This document shows positions 63,253-64,000 of a stretch of DNA of 64,000 nt, one piece after another. Each line of letters begins with the position of its first letter. The first letter of the stretch is position 1. A program made the translations under genes and the position numbers. The DNA comes from Diplonema japonicum (lineage: Eukaryota; Protista; Euglenozoa: Diplonemea): positions 186,001-250,000 of the forward strand of contig OZ025688.1 of the NCBI GenBank assembly GCA_964019335.1, written 5' to 3'. The notes under the pieces were generated by a model. That model was not told where the DNA came from and made no database searches. It worked only from the letters and a program-made list of their open reading frames with translations.

Positions 63253-64000
63253 ATGGTAGCTCCCAAACCCCGCACGCCCCGTACGCAGGTGAGCGTGCCT
63301 GTCCCACGGGAGCCGCCCATGCCCGTGTTGATGGATGACATACATAAAGTGAGCGCTGAGGAAGTGGCACTGCAAGGACAGGTGATCTTGGGTGATGCGT
63401 TCAAGTGCATGACGGTGGACCATGAGGGAAAGGTGTGGACTGGTGAGCGGAACGGGGGTGTGTGGCTGCGGAGCCAGTACACCGCGGAGGTCTTGAGTGA
63501 TGGTGTTGCCTTCCAGGGTGGGAAGTCTAACTTTGTTTCGAGCATCAGTTTCATCCCATCTGTGAAACAAGTGTGGGCAGGCTTCAGCGACGGCATCCTC
63601 CGTGTCTTCAATGCGGAGGGCTTGCATGAGATGCTGTCAGAGACCAGACAGCACTCAGGAGCCATCAACTGCATCCATCCCTCGGGTCCCTTCGTCATCA
63701 CTGGCGGGCAGGACTGGAAGCTCTACAAGTGGTCACCCACGAGAGGTGCGCCCAGGCAGATGGCTCTCCTCAGTGGCCACTCGAACAGCATCCGGTGCGT
63801 CACCTCTGACTTCAAACGTGGCTATCTCTACTCCGGCTCCGACGACATGACCATCAGGTCATGGTCCACAGGAGGGCAGACCTCTTGTGTCCTTAAGGGG
63901 CATACTTCCAGCGTGCTGTCACTGTGCCTCCCTGCCGTGTCCAACCTGCTGTGGAGCGGCTCTGAAGACGCTTCCATCCACATCTGGAACCTCGACAGCA
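63253..64000 (+). CDS. WD40-repeat protein, 3'-truncated
   Basis: Open frame to the window end: HSGAINC..TGGQDW, GHSNSIRC..LYSGSDDMTIRSW, GHTSSV..WSGSEDASIHIW. Confidence 0.92.
   Translation, partial: MVAPKPRTPRTQVSVPVPREPPMPVLMDDIHKVSAEEVALQGQVILGDAFKCMTVDHEGKVWTGERNGGVWLRSQYTAEVLSDGVAFQGGKSNFVSSISFIPSVKQVWAGFSDGILRVFNAEGLHEMLSETRQHSGAINCIHPSGPFVITGGQDWKLYKWSPTRGAPRQMALLSGHSNSIRCVTSDFKRGYLYSGSDDMTIRSWSTGGQTSCVLKGHTSSVLSLCLPAVSNLLWSGSEDASIHIWNLDS

Overview
This is a gene-dense eukaryotic nuclear window, most likely from a euglenozoan protist of diplonemid type (inference). About 45 host genes all lie on the + strand, separated by poly-A/poly-T spacers. Several are split by 41-51 nt GT-AG introns that often end in poly-A rather than a polypyrimidine tract. 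Bases 1-44.5 kb and 60-64 kb hold mostly housekeeping genes (NADP-IDH, REXO exonuclease, PTB-like, PIG-Y, Cmc1-like, GH18, GPKOW, P4H, RPL27A, HMG, HAUS1-like, PARG, TTLL, COA6-like, WD40) plus an internally deleted piggyBac. Bases 44.8-59.3 kb are an accessory tandem array of 11 small six-cysteine, signal-peptide, GPI-signal-like surface-protein genes plus one orphan 3' fragment. The last three array genes encode the same protein. Each is preceded, at the same junction, by a different hairpin-rich insert. One insert carries a frameshifted Crypton-like tyrosine recombinase (the only clear minus-strand gene). Another is a non-autonomous relative that also occurs as a mini-copy at 24.2 kb. This recombinase/surface-gene arrangement is the best candidate for an undescribed system.
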